The notes under the pieces were generated by a model that did no database searches, was not told the DNA's origin, and saw only the letters and a program-made list of their open reading frames with translations. This document shows positions 33,107 to 33,119 of a DNA stretch of 33,119 bases, piece after piece. Position numbers and translations under genes: made by a program. This stretch comes from an uncultured Candidatus Saccharibacteria bacterium (GTDB lineage: Bacteria; Patescibacteriota; Saccharimonadia; Saccharimonadales; Saccharimonadaceae), in NCBI GenBank assembly GCA_964348805.1, contig CAYGDZ010000001.1, forward strand, positions 1 to 33,119. The letters are read 5' to 3'. How positions within the stretch are numbered: the stretch's first letter is position 1; each line of letters opens with the position of its first letter.

Positions 33107-33115
33107 ATTGTAGCA
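33107..33115 (-). promoter_or_regulatory. extended -10 element TGCTACAAT, 7 nt from pepN ATG 33099
   Basis: The minus strand reads TGCTACAAT AGTACGT ATG, with no SD. Confidence 0.5.
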
Positions 33116-33119
33116 CTTG

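Overview
The window is mostly densely packed housekeeping genes from an AT-leaning, small-genome-style bacterium. The gene content points to Patescibacteria/CPR, possibly Saccharibacteria: split transketolase, gatCAB, a PilB-type ATPase, surface RCC1 propellers with pilin-like N-termini, several domain fusions and many overlapping stop/start codons. That assignment is inference only.

Gene order:
- gap-rpiB-rpe-tktN-tktC-fba-pfkB, followed by a large LOG-domain fusion protein.
- uvrB, then a small membrane ORF.
- gatC-gatA-(membrane protein)-gatB.
- A ytxG/ytxH-like trio of small proteins, then dnaE.
- Two tandem RCC1-repeat proteins.
- A TrmH-family methyltransferase (-), a pilB-like ATPase, a hypothetical protein, and malic enzyme (-).
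- rplS with a long tail.
- A ~1.7 kb gap with no credible long ORF.
- An rnhB-yraN fusion.
- A UmuC-like Y-family polymerase with a small upstream partner (-), and pepN (-).

The most unusual part is the 26.3-28.0 kb gap. On the minus strand it resolves into four head-to-tail mini transcription units, each with its own promoter-like element and intrinsic terminator. Two units carry tiny ORFs (47 and 28 aa) with about 65% GC and strongly G/C-ending codons that look foreign to this genome. One carries a 66-aa Gly/Arg-rich ORF with a perfect SD and a long hairpin-dense tail. One looks non-coding.

Other points of interest:
- RCC1 beta-propellers carrying PilX/prepilin-like N-termini next to pilB.
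- A recurrent TGnTAnnnT extended -10 element sitting 6-9 nt from ATG, which implies leaderless mRNAs.
- A transaldolase-less pentose-phosphate operon linked to a LOG phosphoribohydrolase fusion with an A9 tract in its linker.
- A membrane protein with an Rx4H motif embedded in gatCAB.
- An RNase HII-YraN fusion.

I recognised no rRNA, tRNA, CRISPR array, transposase or integrase.
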